The notes beneath the pieces are model-generated. The model saw only the letters and a program-made list of their open reading frames with translations. It ran no database searches and had not been told where the DNA came from. DNA of 64,000 nucleotides from NCBI GenBank assembly GCA_963806035.1, contig CAWDWO010000026.1, positions 136,092 to 200,091 of the forward strand, given 5' to 3'. The translations under genes were made by a program, and so were the position numbers. Positions 1 through 9,646 of this stretch are shown piece after piece. This DNA is from Candidatus Krumholzibacteriota bacterium (GTDB taxonomy: Bacteria; Krumholzibacteriota; Krumholzibacteriia; JAJRXK01). Within the stretch, counting starts at the first letter, position 1, and the number at the start of each line of letters is the position of its first letter.

Positions 1-908
1 CGCAGCTGCTCGAAGGAGGAGGCCCGGGCCAGAGCCTCCAGACGGCGCGCCTGCCAGGGGGGAAGGCCCAGGCGGCGCGCGGCGGAGCTTGCATCCTCCC
101 CCTCGTCCAGCGCGGCCCTGAAGGAGGCCAGTTGGCGTAGACGCCAGCTGAGGATGGCAGCGGTCCCGATGGGATCCCCCCCTCCCACACGCACCTTGGT
201 CCAGGCGCGCAACGCGGGCAGGGGATCGTTCGAACTCAAGAGATCGGCCACCGCGAAGGCGTCGAGGTCGCGCGAGCGTGCCACCAGCAGTCGCACTTCC
301 TCCGGGCCGATTTCGGCCTCGCCCTCCTGCAGAAGCGCCAGCTTCTCCAGCTCGGTCTGGAGTTCTCCGAGGTCATCGCCCACCAGATCGACGAGTTCTT
401 CGACCCCATTGCGGGAGAGCTTGAGCGCGAGGTTCGCGGCCTGCCGCGCCACCTGCGTGAAGATGGCGCTGCCGCGCAGGGTATCGAAGTCGACCGCGCA
501 GCCCGCCTTTGCGCAGGCGCTGGTAAACTTCAGGCGCTTGTCGAGTTTGGCGCTGGTGAAGACGAGAACCGTGCTCGCAACCGGCGAATCCAGGTACTGC
601 AGCAGGCCATCCAGCGCGGCGCCGGAGGGCAGCGCTTCGGCGTGGCGCACCCAGACGAAACGCTTGCTTCCAAACATGGGATAGGCGGATGCGGCCTCGA
701 CGATGCTCGATGGAAGGCACTCGTCGGCCTGCAGAACCTGCGCGTTGAACTCGGCGGACTGCGGGTCGAGAACCTTTTCCTTCAGCCAGAGCGCGGTGCG
801 TTCGGCGCGCCAGGTGTCCGGCCCGGCCAGAAGATACACCGGCGCCGGATCGTTCTTGGCGAGGGTGCTCTTGAGTTCGGCCGGGGTGAGAATCTTCGCG
901 CTCGCCAT
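1..908 (-). CDS. holA: DNA polymerase III delta subunit (HolA), partial; 3' end runs off the window
   Basis: Minus-strand frame from the ATG at 908..906 reads MASAKILTPAELKSTLAKNDPAPVYLLAGPD...; it sits just downstream of lptE as in the conserved leuS-lptE-holA arrangement; its ATG overlaps the lptE TGA (TGATG); not in the ORF track because it leaves the window. Confidence 0.55.
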   Translation of the reverse strand, partial: MASAKILTPAELKSTLAKNDPAPVYLLAGPDTWRAERTALWLKEKVLDPQSAEFNAQVLQADECLPSSIVEAASAYPMFGSKRFVWVRHAEALPSGAALDGLLQYLDSPVASTVLVFTSAKLDKRLKFTSACAKAGCAVDFDTLRGSAIFTQVARQAANLALKLSRNGVEELVDLVGDDLGELQTELEKLALLQEGEAEIGPEEVRLLVARSRDLDAFAVADLLSSNDPLPALRAWTKVRVGGGDPIGTAAILSWRLRQLASFRAALDEGEDASSAARRLGLPPWQARRLEALARASSFEQL

Positions 909-1477
909 CACCACTCCTCGATGACCAACGCGAGGATCGCGCGCACCAATTCGTCCGCCGCTTCCTTGCGCGCGTTCTCCTCGCCCTCGGGCCCTTCGTC
1001 GGTGAAGTAGTCTCCCTTGCCGCGAATCGTGGTCGGTTTGACGATGACGTCGCCGGTCGCGCGATCCACCAAACTCACTTCGCAGGCCACGCGAACTTCA
1101 TACTCCTGCGCTTGGCGGTTTTCCGCGAAGAAAACCTCCTGGATCTTGAAGAAGGTGATCTTGCCCAGGATGAGCGCGTCGGCCTGATTCTCTTCGGTGA
1201 GTCGCAGGGTGCGGTCCGCCACGATTCCCGCGATGATCGCATCGGTGAGGCTGACCTCGAGTTCCGGTTCGGTGGTTTCGTTTTCGAAGTAGGGAACGGC
1301 GACGCTCTCCAGCCCCGGCTTCACGCGGCCTGGCGTGAGGCCGTAGCCGCATCCTGAGAGCACGAAAACGAGAAGCAGGATCCAGAGCGGAATGTTTTGC
1401 TTCAGGACGGCGTGCGACCGCGAGCCGCGACGAACCCCCGTCCTTTGCTCGCAGTTGAACACACGCGCGTCTTGCAT
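908..1477 (-). CDS. lptE: LPS-assembly lipoprotein LptE-like
   Basis: Signal peptide with lipobox (LLLVFVLSGCGY); ~190 aa; position immediately upstream of holA matches the lptE-holA synteny. Confidence 0.5.
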   Translation of the reverse strand: MQDARVFNCEQRTGVRRGSRSHAVLKQNIPLWILLLVFVLSGCGYGLTPGRVKPGLESVAVPYFENETTEPELEVSLTDAIIAGIVADRTLRLTEENQADALILGKITFFKIQEVFFAENRQAQEYEVRVACEVSLVDRATGDVIVKPTTIRGKGDYFTDEGPEGEENARKEAADELVRAILALVIEEW

Positions 1478-1479
1478 CG

Positions 1480-2877
1480 TCAGAGCAGCTCGAAAGTCTT
1501 CATCCGGTAACGGAGCTTGTCCCGGTTGATGTTCAGGTACTTGGCAGTGAGGCTCTGATTGCCTTCCGCCTTGTGGAACGCCTTTTCGATGAGCGTCCGC
1601 TCCAGATCCTCGACCAGCGTGTCGTAGGGAATTCCCGCCTCGGGAATCGCTCCCTTGAGAACTTCCTCGATACGCTCCAGCAGCGAACCCTCGTCCGTGC
1701 GCTCGTTGCCCGTGATGGGCACCTGGGAAGCCAGCAGCTCCTCGCCGTCCTCCAAGAGCGCGATACGCTCCATCATGTTCTTCAGTTCCCGGATGTTACC
1801 CGGCCAGGGATAGCCCACAAGCACCTTTTTCGCCTCGGGCGAAAGTCGTTGGAAACGCTTGTGAAAGGCCTTGGCGTAATTGCGCAGGAAATGCTCGGCC
1901 AGAAGGATGATATCCTCGCTGCGCTCCCTCAGGGGCGGAATGTGCAGCGGAATGACCTTCAGGCGATAATAGAGGTCTTCCCGGAAAGTCCCTTCTTCAA
2001 CGCATCTTATGAGGTCGCGGTTGGTGGCGGACACGATGCGGACGTCCACCTGGATGTCCTTCACCCCGCCCACGCGCCGAAAGCTCATCTTTTCCAGCAC
2101 CCGCAAAAGCTTCACCTGGATGGTGAGACTCATTTCGCCGATCTCGTCCAGGAACAGGGTGCCGCGGTGCGCCAGCTCCAAAAGGCCGCGCTTTTGGTTG
2201 ATGGCGTCGGTGAAGGCGCCCTTCTCGTGTCCGAAGAGCTCGCTCTCCAGAAGCTCCTCGGGCAGCGAGGCGCAGTTGATCTCCAGGAAGGCATGATCCC
2301 GCCGCGGAGAATTCTGGTGGATGAGGTTGGCCACCACGTCCTTGCCCGTGCCGCTCTCCCCTTCGATGAGCACGGTCGTGCTCCCCCCCACGGCGATGCG
2401 GCGGATGAGGTCGTAGATCTCGAGCATCTTGGGCGCGACGCTGGGCACGATCTCGCTGCGCGGATCGATGATCTCACTGCGCAGCCGCAGCTGGTGCAAT
2501 TCGGAGTGAAGCTTTCCCGTCTCGAGACCGCGCCGCAGAATGAGCAGAAGCTCTTCGAGGTTGATGGGCTTGTTCACGTAGTCGAAGGCGCCAGCCTTCA
2601 TGGCCGACACCGCGGTCTCGACGTCACCGAAGGCCGTCATCATCACTACACACAGGTCGGGATAGAGGTTTTGGATGCGCTCGAGCACATCCAGACCGCT
2701 CATGTCCGGCAGCTTCAAGTCCAAAAGGACGAGATCGGGAATGGTGCTCTCGATGAGCTTGAGCGCCTTGCTTCCCGTTTCCGCACTGATGACTTCGAAT
2801 CCCTCCTCCGCCAGGGTGCGGCGCAGAAAGAAGAGAATGGATTCCTGGTCATCGATGATGAGAATCTGCGGTTTCAT
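1480..2877 (-). CDS. sigma-54-dependent response regulator (NtrC family; possibly PrsR-like)
   Basis: Receiver domain (IIDDQESI...DLVLLDLKLPDMSG), AAA+ sigma54-interaction motifs (GESGTGKDVVA, ESELFGHEKGAFTDA), C-terminal Fis-type HTH; start overlaps the upstream kinase stop (ATGA). Confidence 0.85.
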   Translation of the reverse strand: MKPQILIIDDQESILFFLRRTLAEEGFEVISAETGSKALKLIESTIPDLVLLDLKLPDMSGLDVLERIQNLYPDLCVVMMTAFGDVETAVSAMKAGAFDYVNKPINLEELLLILRRGLETGKLHSELHQLRLRSEIIDPRSEIVPSVAPKMLEIYDLIRRIAVGGSTTVLIEGESGTGKDVVANLIHQNSPRRDHAFLEINCASLPEELLESELFGHEKGAFTDAINQKRGLLELAHRGTLFLDEIGEMSLTIQVKLLRVLEKMSFRRVGGVKDIQVDVRIVSATNRDLIRCVEEGTFREDLYYRLKVIPLHIPPLRERSEDIILLAEHFLRNYAKAFHKRFQRLSPEAKKVLVGYPWPGNIRELKNMMERIALLEDGEELLASQVPITGNERTDEGSLLERIEEVLKGAIPEAGIPYDTLVEDLERTLIEKAFHKAEGNQSLTAKYLNINRDKLRYRMKTFELL

Positions 2878-4952
2878 GATTGGCTCCCGATGGTAGTGGG
2901 CGCTAGAGGCAAGAGAATCCGGATGCGGGCTCCCCGTGCCGGTTCACTGAAGGCCTGGAGAACGCCGCCGTGGCGCTCCACGATGTTGTGCGAAACGAAA
3001 AGACCGAGACCGGTACCGTCCGCCTTCTTGGAGTAGAAGGGTTCGAAAATGTGCGGCAGATCCTCGCGGGCGATTCCCGGACCCTGATCGATCACCTCGA
3101 AGGCGATGGCTTCCTCGAGTTCCGGTTTCGTACTGGCGTGATCCATCTTGCTCAACTTGAGCAGCACCGTGTTGCCGGGTTCGCTCACCTCGACTGCATT
3201 CTTGAGCAGGTTGAAGAGAACCTGGTGGATCTGATCCCGGTCGATGCGATAGCTCGGCAAGAGGTCTTCACTCTCGATTCGTATCTCGACTCCACGCTCC
3301 TGGGCCCAATCTTTTATGGAGCGGTGGACTCTCTGCGCGGTCTGCAATGCGGAAGTCTCCTCCTTTTGCAGACGCGCGGGGCGAGCGACCTGGAAGAGAT
3401 TGCGGATGATTCCGTCGAGGCGCTGAATCTCCTCCTGGATCACGCTCACACTCTCTGCATCCTCGTCCTCGAAGGCGCCTTTGCGCGCCAGGTAGTCCAT
3501 TCCGGCGCTGATCCCGCCCAGAGGATTGCGAATCTCGTGCGCCATGCTGCTGGCGAAGCGCCCGATCGCGGCCAGGGTATCCAGGTGCCGAATCTCCTCC
3601 TGCATCAGGTGCACCGCGCTGAGGTCCTCGATCACCGCGATGACTCCCACCAGCCCCCCCTCCTCGCGACGGTATTTGGCCAGCGTCACCAGCACGGGAA
3701 TGGAAGACTCCGGGCTGAGACCCATGCGTCCCTCCCAGCGCAGACTCGGCTCGCGCCCCAAAAGAGCCGCCTTGGAAGGAGACTCCACGCCCGGAACCCA
3801 CATCAGGGAGTCCAGCTTCCTCCCCACCAGCTGTTTCTGTGAGCTCGTGAGAAGCTCCTGCGCGCGGCGATTGATGAAGATCACCCGCCCGCGGTCGTCG
3901 GTGGTGATGAGGCCGTTGCTCATGCCGTCCAGTATCTGGTCGCGAAAGCGCTCTCCCATTTCGAGCTCGTGGTACAGGCTCGCGTTTTGAAGCACCGCGC
4001 TCACCGCGTAGCTCAGCGACTCCAAGGTCAATTGATCCGCCTTGCGTATCCCGGCCGGACGCGCGCGATCGGTGACCACCATGAGTCCGTACAGGGGATA
4101 GTGGCGGCAGGAAATGCAGGGGTGGAGATCGAGACCGCCCTCGCCGATGGGAAAGCTCTCACGGATCTGTTCCGAAGGGGCCAGTTCGAACACGGGACAG
4201 TCGTCGTGGTACAGCCAGCCTCCCTTGAGGCATTCGTGGCGCGGCAGCGGCGTGAGCAGGGGCACCACGAGGTGCGCTCCGTGCTCCCTGAACGCGGCCG
4301 GAGATTCTCCGTTCACGGTCAAGAGCAATTCGCTCGAGTTCTCGGCCACCAGAATGCTACTGGGATTGCGCATCGCGCGGGCGGCGCTCCCGCCCAGACC
4401 GCCCAAAGACCAGCGCAGACTCTCCACCACCGAGCCGCTGGCGCCCGGGTGCAACCAGCGTCCCACCAGCTCGCGCGACTTGCGCTCGATGCGCAGGATC
4501 ATGACCTCTTGGAATCCGCTCGCGCGGTGGCAGTAGACCAAAGCTCCGTCCACCGTGTGTTCCAGCCGGCCCGGACGGGCCAGCGCCTGCCAGAGTTCAC
4601 GCACGCTCAAAAGTTGGATGTTGGTGTTCACCAGACGCAGACGCGCGTCCTCGTAGCTGTGCTTGAGCTGCAGGACCCGGGCGCGCACTCCGCGGTAGAA
4701 GTCCAGAATGCCCAGACCGCCGGAAGCTTCCTCGGCGTCACGGCCCAGGGTGTCCCAGCCCCGTAGCAGCTTGCGTGTGTGCAGATGGAAGAGAATGCCC
4801 ACCAGCGCCCAACAGATCGCCAGCACGACGATTCCCGAGACACGCTCGCGCAGGGCCAGCGCCAGCGCGGGGGCGAGAAAAAAGGAGAGAATGAAGGCGC
4901 GGTGGATCATGTGGCTCGCGGTACTCCCCCCAGGAGTCCGCAGATGCCTCAA
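2874..4952 (-). CDS. sensor histidine kinase with N-terminal TM helices and a PAS/GAF region (possibly PrsK-like)
   Basis: H-box HEIRNPLGGI and HATPase motifs (DQGPGI...GTGLGL); a PAS-like segment (GMSNGLITTDDRGRVIFINRRAQELL); two or more N-terminal TM helices; translationally coupled to the regulator. Confidence 0.8.
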   Translation of the reverse strand: MRHLRTPGGSTASHMIHRAFILSFFLAPALALALRERVSGIVVLAICWALVGILFHLHTRKLLRGWDTLGRDAEEASGGLGILDFYRGVRARVLQLKHSYEDARLRLVNTNIQLLSVRELWQALARPGRLEHTVDGALVYCHRASGFQEVMILRIERKSRELVGRWLHPGASGSVVESLRWSLGGLGGSAARAMRNPSSILVAENSSELLLTVNGESPAAFREHGAHLVVPLLTPLPRHECLKGGWLYHDDCPVFELAPSEQIRESFPIGEGGLDLHPCISCRHYPLYGLMVVTDRARPAGIRKADQLTLESLSYAVSAVLQNASLYHELEMGERFRDQILDGMSNGLITTDDRGRVIFINRRAQELLTSSQKQLVGRKLDSLMWVPGVESPSKAALLGREPSLRWEGRMGLSPESSIPVLVTLAKYRREEGGLVGVIAVIEDLSAVHLMQEEIRHLDTLAAIGRFASSMAHEIRNPLGGISAGMDYLARKGAFEDEDAESVSVIQEEIQRLDGIIRNLFQVARPARLQKEETSALQTAQRVHRSIKDWAQERGVEIRIESEDLLPSYRIDRDQIHQVLFNLLKNAVEVSEPGNTVLLKLSKMDHASTKPELEEAIAFEVIDQGPGIAREDLPHIFEPFYSKKADGTGLGLFVSHNIVERHGGVLQAFSEPARGARIRILLPLAPTTIGSQS

Positions 4953-5080
4953 TCAAGGATCGTGCCCAGCTGCGCCAAATTCCCCACTCAGGCGTTTGAA
5001 GGGCTCGAAAGGTACGGATTCGAGGATGCTGGAGGAATCTGCGAAGGAGCGACTCTGGCCGCCAGAAGGGGCAAAAAGCC

Positions 5081-5881
5081 CTAGAGTGCCCCGCGCCCCG
5101 TGATCACGACGCGAACCGTCGCCACGAGCAGGCGCAAGTCGCGCAGCAGACCGAAGCGCGTGATGTACTCCAGGTCCAGTGCCACCTTCTTGTGCACGCT
5201 GTCGAGCGACTCGTCGTAGCCGCTCTCCACCTGGGCCAGTCCGGTGATCCCGGGCTTGAAGCGAAGCCTCTCCAGATAGCCGGGGACCTCCCGGCTCAAG
5301 AGAGAGATGAACGGCGGACGCTCGGGACGGGGCCCCACCACGCTCATGGAACCCCTGAGCACGTTGTAGAACTGCGGGAACTCGTCGATTCGCGTCAGCC
5401 TGAGAAAGCGACCGACGCGCGTGATCCGCGGGTCGTTCTCGCTCGCCCAGCGCATCCCCTCCGATTCGGAGTTGATGTACATGGTCCTGAGCTTCCAGAT
5501 CTTGAAGGGCCTGCCCTCGGCGATCACGCGGCGAACGTCGCGGCTCTGCTGCTGGCAGCGTCTCTCCCCGATCTCCGGGGCCTGGGACTGCTCGCGCCGG
5601 CGCTCACGCCCGCGACGGTTGATGCCCACCCGAATTTGTCCGTAGAACACCGGGCCACGCGATTCGAGCTTGATGGCCAGCGCCAAAAAGGGCAGCAGGC
5701 AGGCAAAGAAGCCCAGAGCGACCAGGGAGAAGACGATGTCGAAGGCGCGCTTGACGCCTCGCTTCCAGCTCGGCACCTGTCCGTAGAGCGGAATCGGGCT
5801 CCCGAGGTACTTCAGCTGCGGGGCGTCGTAGCTGCGGGAATGCGATCCCACGTGCTGGATCATCGAAGGGTGGAGCTGCAT
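5081..5881 (-). CDS. polyprenyl glycosylphosphotransferase (bacterial sugar transferase, WbaP/EpsB-like, short form)
   Basis: C-terminal Bac_transf-like motifs (KFRTM..., SVVGPRPERPPF..., KPGITGLAQV); one TM helix; likely ATG at 5881 with an AAGG RBS (the track start at 5911 is TTG). Confidence 0.75.
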   Translation of the reverse strand: MQLHPSMIQHVGSHSRSYDAPQLKYLGSPIPLYGQVPSWKRGVKRAFDIVFSLVALGFFACLLPFLALAIKLESRGPVFYGQIRVGINRRGRERRREQSQAPEIGERRCQQQSRDVRRVIAEGRPFKIWKLRTMYINSESEGMRWASENDPRITRVGRFLRLTRIDEFPQFYNVLRGSMSVVGPRPERPPFISLLSREVPGYLERLRFKPGITGLAQVESGYDESLDSVHKKVALDLEYITRFGLLRDLRLLVATVRVVITGRGAL

Positions 5882-6098
5882 TCTGGACCTTTCACACACC
5901 CGCGCCGGCAAAGCGTCTCATTGGACTTTGGGAGCTGATCTGGACTGCGGCCTCCGGGCGGACGCGAAGCTGGGACTTCAGCGGGCGTGACCGGAGAGCC
6001 ACGACTTCAGGAGAGCGCCGGTAGAACTCCCCCAATCGTCAAGGACGAGATTAGCTCTTTCTTTCCCCTTCCACCAGGCAAGATCCTCGCCGGGCGCC

Positions 6099-7211
6099 TC
6101 AGAAGCTTCGCGCCAGGCTCAGCCCGGGCGCCTCTCCAACCCAGGCCACTCGCAAATCGACTCCCAGAGCGCCAATTCGCCCGTTTTCCAGCGGTATGGG
6201 AGAATCGTCGGCCAGGAAGATCGCATCCGCCATGTTCAGGACCCAGAGCGCCCCCATGCCGAAAATTACCGCACGCCTGCGTGATTTCGCGCTCTCGAGG
6301 TCCCCCTGAGCGGTGGCCCAGCTGGCTTTGGCCTCGGCCGTGGCTCCGCCCTGGCTCTCCTGAAGGGCGACCACGCGTCCGGCATCCTGTTCGCTGACCT
6401 TGCGTTGGTCCACGAAGCGCTGCGTCTCCACCAGCGTCACCCCGGCCAGAAAGCCCAAGGATGACCACACGAGACCCCGCGTCTCGTGGCCCAGGCGCGT
6501 CTGCCCGGATCCGGGATAGAGGAGCGAGAGCATGCCCACCCCCAGCGGGGAAGGCGGCCGGTAGCGGGCGGCGATGCTGCGGGTGCCCGAGAGTTCGAAG
6601 CGGTAGGGTCCGCGCCGGACCGCGGCGTGGATGATGTTTCCCAGGTGGGCATAGAGCGCGAGATAGCCGTAGTTGTTGCGCGTCTGTTCCTCGAGCCAGA
6701 CCTCGTCTGCGAGGTGATTCGCCACGCGCTGGTAGGCCGGAGTGAGTTTATCCGCGGCCGAGGTCTGCGCCGCGACCGCGTCCATGGTCTGCTGCCGATC
6801 GTTGACGCGCGCGGAGTAGCGAAAGACCTGTCCCAGGGCATTGCCCACTTCAGCCATCGGAACGAGCGCCGAGGCCGGCGAGAGATCGCGGAGCTGTCCC
6901 AGGCCGGGAACGAGGGTCGAGAGCAGAACACGGCTTCCGCGGCGGTCGGAAAGCACCACGCGGGTGCCCGCGTCCATCGTGATCTGGGCCTGCCGGACCC
7001 CGTCGCGGTAGAGCTGCACTTGGTAGCGTCCCGGCGTGAGGTCGTCCATCGCGAGTGGCGCCATGGACGAACGCTTCATGTCCTTTCCCTGAAGGACAAT
7101 TTCGCTGTTGCTCACCTGTGATGTCACGCGAAACGCATTGGGCGAGTTCTCCTGCGCCCCGGCCGGAATCGCCATCGCGCAGAGGAGGAATAAAAATAGG
7201 ATCATCGGACG
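6099..7211 (-). CDS. hypothetical secreted/membrane protein with a PEGA-like N-domain and repeated LxPGxGQ motifs
   Basis: Signal peptide MRPMILFLFLLCAMAIPAGAQ; motif LSTLVPGLGQL and LSLLYPGSGQT; no confident family assignment. Confidence 0.45.
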   Translation of the reverse strand, partial: RPMILFLFLLCAMAIPAGAQENSPNAFRVTSQVSNSEIVLQGKDMKRSSMAPLAMDDLTPGRYQVQLYRDGVRQAQITMDAGTRVVLSDRRGSRVLLSTLVPGLGQLRDLSPASALVPMAEVGNALGQVFRYSARVNDRQQTMDAVAAQTSAADKLTPAYQRVANHLADEVWLEEQTRNNYGYLALYAHLGNIIHAAVRRGPYRFELSGTRSIAARYRPPSPLGVGMLSLLYPGSGQTRLGHETRGLVWSSLGFLAGVTLVETQRFVDQRKVSEQDAGRVVALQESQGGATAEAKASWATAQGDLESAKSRRRAVIFGMGALWVLNMADAIFLADDSPIPLENGRIGALGVDLRVAWVGEAPGLSLARSF

Positions 7212-7301
7212 CATAAGGACCTCTCGGCTGATGTTTACCGCGGACAGTCTAGAACGGCGAGCGAAGGGAAGCAATTGTTCAGGCTCGCGGAGCGCGTCGG
7301 T

Positions 7302-8807
7302 TCAGCTTCCGCTCTCCGGCTGGCCCCCCATCTCTTTCATCATCTCACGCGCCCGCAGAGCGGCACGGCTTCCCGGCACCTGCTCGTCCACCCACTCCAA
7401 GTAGAGGCGGCTCAGCCTGGGGTTCTTCATCTCGTCGCGCGCGATTTCCGCCGCGCGCAGGAGCGCTTCGCCACCCCTTCGCTGTCTGCCCAGGATGTGG
7501 TGGATCTGCTCGAGTTGACGCAGAGCATCTTCGGTTTCGTGCAAAGCGAGGAGACAATCCACCGCGTGTTCGCGGGCGGCAATTCCCACCGCACCCGCCG
7601 AGGCGTGTCCGGAGATGAGACGCTGGTACTGCTCGAGCGCTCGATTGAGTTCGCTGGTGACAGTGCCCGCGTTGCCCCTGTCTCTCTGAATGTCCACCAG
7701 ACGCATGGGGGCTTCCAAGCCGGCCGCCGTGTCCGGATAACGCTGGATGAGTCGGCGCAAGGTCTTCTGAGAGCTGGACCAATCCGAGGCGTCCAAAAGA
7801 AGTTCGGATTTGCGCAGGAGGGCCGCCGCCGCGAGGCGAGACTGGTCGGGGAAATCATGCACGACCTCGTCCAGCGCGAGCATGGCGTCGTTGCGACGAT
7901 TGAGATCCACGAGGATCTCCGCGCGACGCAGCTTCGCCAAACCGCGCAGGCTCTCGGTCTGTGCTTCCTTGATGACTCGCAGATAGAGCGAATCCGCGCG
8001 CTGTGGTTGGTTCAGGCCGTGCGCCAAAATCTCAGCTCGATCGAAGAGAGCATTCAAACGGTCTTCCGGATCAAGCTCGCGCGCTTCGTAACGGCCCAGA
8101 CTTCGCTCCGCGTCTTTCCAACGGTGAGCCGCGATGTCCAGACGATGATCCAAGAAGGCCGCGCGGTCCCCGGTGCGCCTGCCCTGCCATTGCTTCTGCA
8201 CCCATCCGTAAAATTGGTGACCCTCCACCCTACCCTTCTCGGTGAGAAGACTGTCGGCCTTACCGTCGAGATCTTGTACCAACACCAAGGGCAAGCGCAG
8301 GATCTGGGGGTCGAGAGTACTGGGAGCCGGGGGCTCTTGCATGAGGGAGTAGAACTCTCCGTAGAGACTGACCGCGTCTTCCCATCGTTCCTGCGTGCGG
8401 GCCGACTCGGCGCGCAGCAACGCGGCCTGACGCCGCAGAATGATGGGCCCGGTGTCCTGGGCCGCGCGTAACTGGACTTCCGCCAGGTCGAAACGCCCGG
8501 CGCGCAGGAAGGAATCGCCGGCCTGGATCCTTCCCCATGCCTGCAGCGAGGATAGTTCGGCCATGACCTTGGGGTCGCTCTTCCCGTGCACCTGACTCGG
8601 ATCGGCACGTTGGGCGACCTCGATGTAGGCCAGCCCGGTGCGGTAGTAACCCTTGCGAATCTTGGGGTCCGCCTCCAGGGAGAAATTGATGGCTTCGCGT
8701 TCGGCCCAGTAGCGAGCACGTTCTGCCTGGTAGCGGGCGCGCATGTCCTGGCGGCCGCATCCGCACACGAGGATCAAGGAGAGGAAGAGGAGTCCGCGCG
8801 CTCTCAT
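7302..8807 (-). CDS. TPR-repeat lipoprotein (candidate PEP-CTERM-system PrsT-like)
   Basis: Internal start MRARGLLFLSLILVCGCG (lipobox) at 8807 overlaps the upstream gene stop (ATGA); TPR-like repeats throughout; co-operonic with exosortase and EpsI. Confidence 0.6.
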   Translation of the reverse strand: MRARGLLFLSLILVCGCGRQDMRARYQAERARYWAEREAINFSLEADPKIRKGYYRTGLAYIEVAQRADPSQVHGKSDPKVMAELSSLQAWGRIQAGDSFLRAGRFDLAEVQLRAAQDTGPIILRRQAALLRAESARTQERWEDAVSLYGEFYSLMQEPPAPSTLDPQILRLPLVLVQDLDGKADSLLTEKGRVEGHQFYGWVQKQWQGRRTGDRAAFLDHRLDIAAHRWKDAERSLGRYEARELDPEDRLNALFDRAEILAHGLNQPQRADSLYLRVIKEAQTESLRGLAKLRRAEILVDLNRRNDAMLALDEVVHDFPDQSRLAAAALLRKSELLLDASDWSSSQKTLRRLIQRYPDTAAGLEAPMRLVDIQRDRGNAGTVTSELNRALEQYQRLISGHASAGAVGIAAREHAVDCLLALHETEDALRQLEQIHHILGRQRRGGEALLRAAEIARDEMKNPRLSRLYLEWVDEQVPGSRAALRAREMMKEMGGQPESGS

Positions 8808-9646
8808 AGTCCACGGCTCCTGGGTTTCAGGAAAATTCGAATCGAGGCGTCCAGCGCGAGGAATCCGAACAAGAGAAAGATGGCGGCCTGCAGGGCCACC
8901 ACCACCAGAACGATTTCTGGCCGTAGCTGAGCGGCCAGGCGAGTCGAGCGCTGCAGAATCAAGGACAGCGGAAGTCCCGCGAGCCAGGGCAAGAGAACGA
9001 AAGCCACAGGCCACTGTAGATCCTGGCGCGTCCGCCGGAAACTGGCCCCGATTGCGCGCGGCAATCCCCTGTCCTCACGCAGAAGGTGCGCCGGCACGAA
9101 GAACAGGGGGCACAAGAGGAGCAGCGGAAGGAGGCTTCCGAAGGTGGTGATCAACGAGTGGATCCTGTAGGAAAGATCAAATCGCGTGTTCAAAAGATAG
9201 ATCGGCAAGCCGTAGAGGAGAATCCACCCCGCGATTTCCACACAGGTCAACAGGAAGAGGGGCAAGTAGTAATGAGCGCTGTCGCGGGCGGGCGTCTTGT
9301 TCTGTGTGCGTTCGTCACCCACGACGTGGTAGACGGCCAAACCGCACCAGGCCGCGACGAAGGGACTCACGAAAAGATCCACCAGGAGCTTTCCCGCCGC
9401 GCCGGTCACCGGCAGTCCGATGAAGGATTCCGGGTAATGCAGGTAGTAGGAACCGAAGACCCTCTGCACGAAGGGGACGACCGCGCCACCCCACAGGGGA
9501 AAGGTCGGATCCGCGCAAATCACGAATACCATGAGCTCCGCGGCGAAGGCGAAGAAGAGTACGACACGCACCCCGGCGCGCCGAAAGTCCAGGAATCCGA
9601 GGACGATCAGGCGAATGAGATCTTCGACGAAGCGCAGGAGGTTCAT
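8804..9646 (-). CDS. hypothetical multi-pass membrane protein, co-operonic with exosortase and EpsI
   Basis: 280 aa, six or more hydrophobic helices; start overlaps the EpsI stop (ATGA) and its stop overlaps the TPR gene start. Confidence 0.55.
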   Translation of the reverse strand: MNLLRFVEDLIRLIVLGFLDFRRAGVRVVLFFAFAAELMVFVICADPTFPLWGGAVVPFVQRVFGSYYLHYPESFIGLPVTGAAGKLLVDLFVSPFVAAWCGLAVYHVVGDERTQNKTPARDSAHYYLPLFLLTCVEIAGWILLYGLPIYLLNTRFDLSYRIHSLITTFGSLLPLLLLCPLFFVPAHLLREDRGLPRAIGASFRRTRQDLQWPVAFVLLPWLAGLPLSLILQRSTRLAAQLRPEIVLVVVALQAAIFLLFGFLALDASIRIFLKPRSRGL

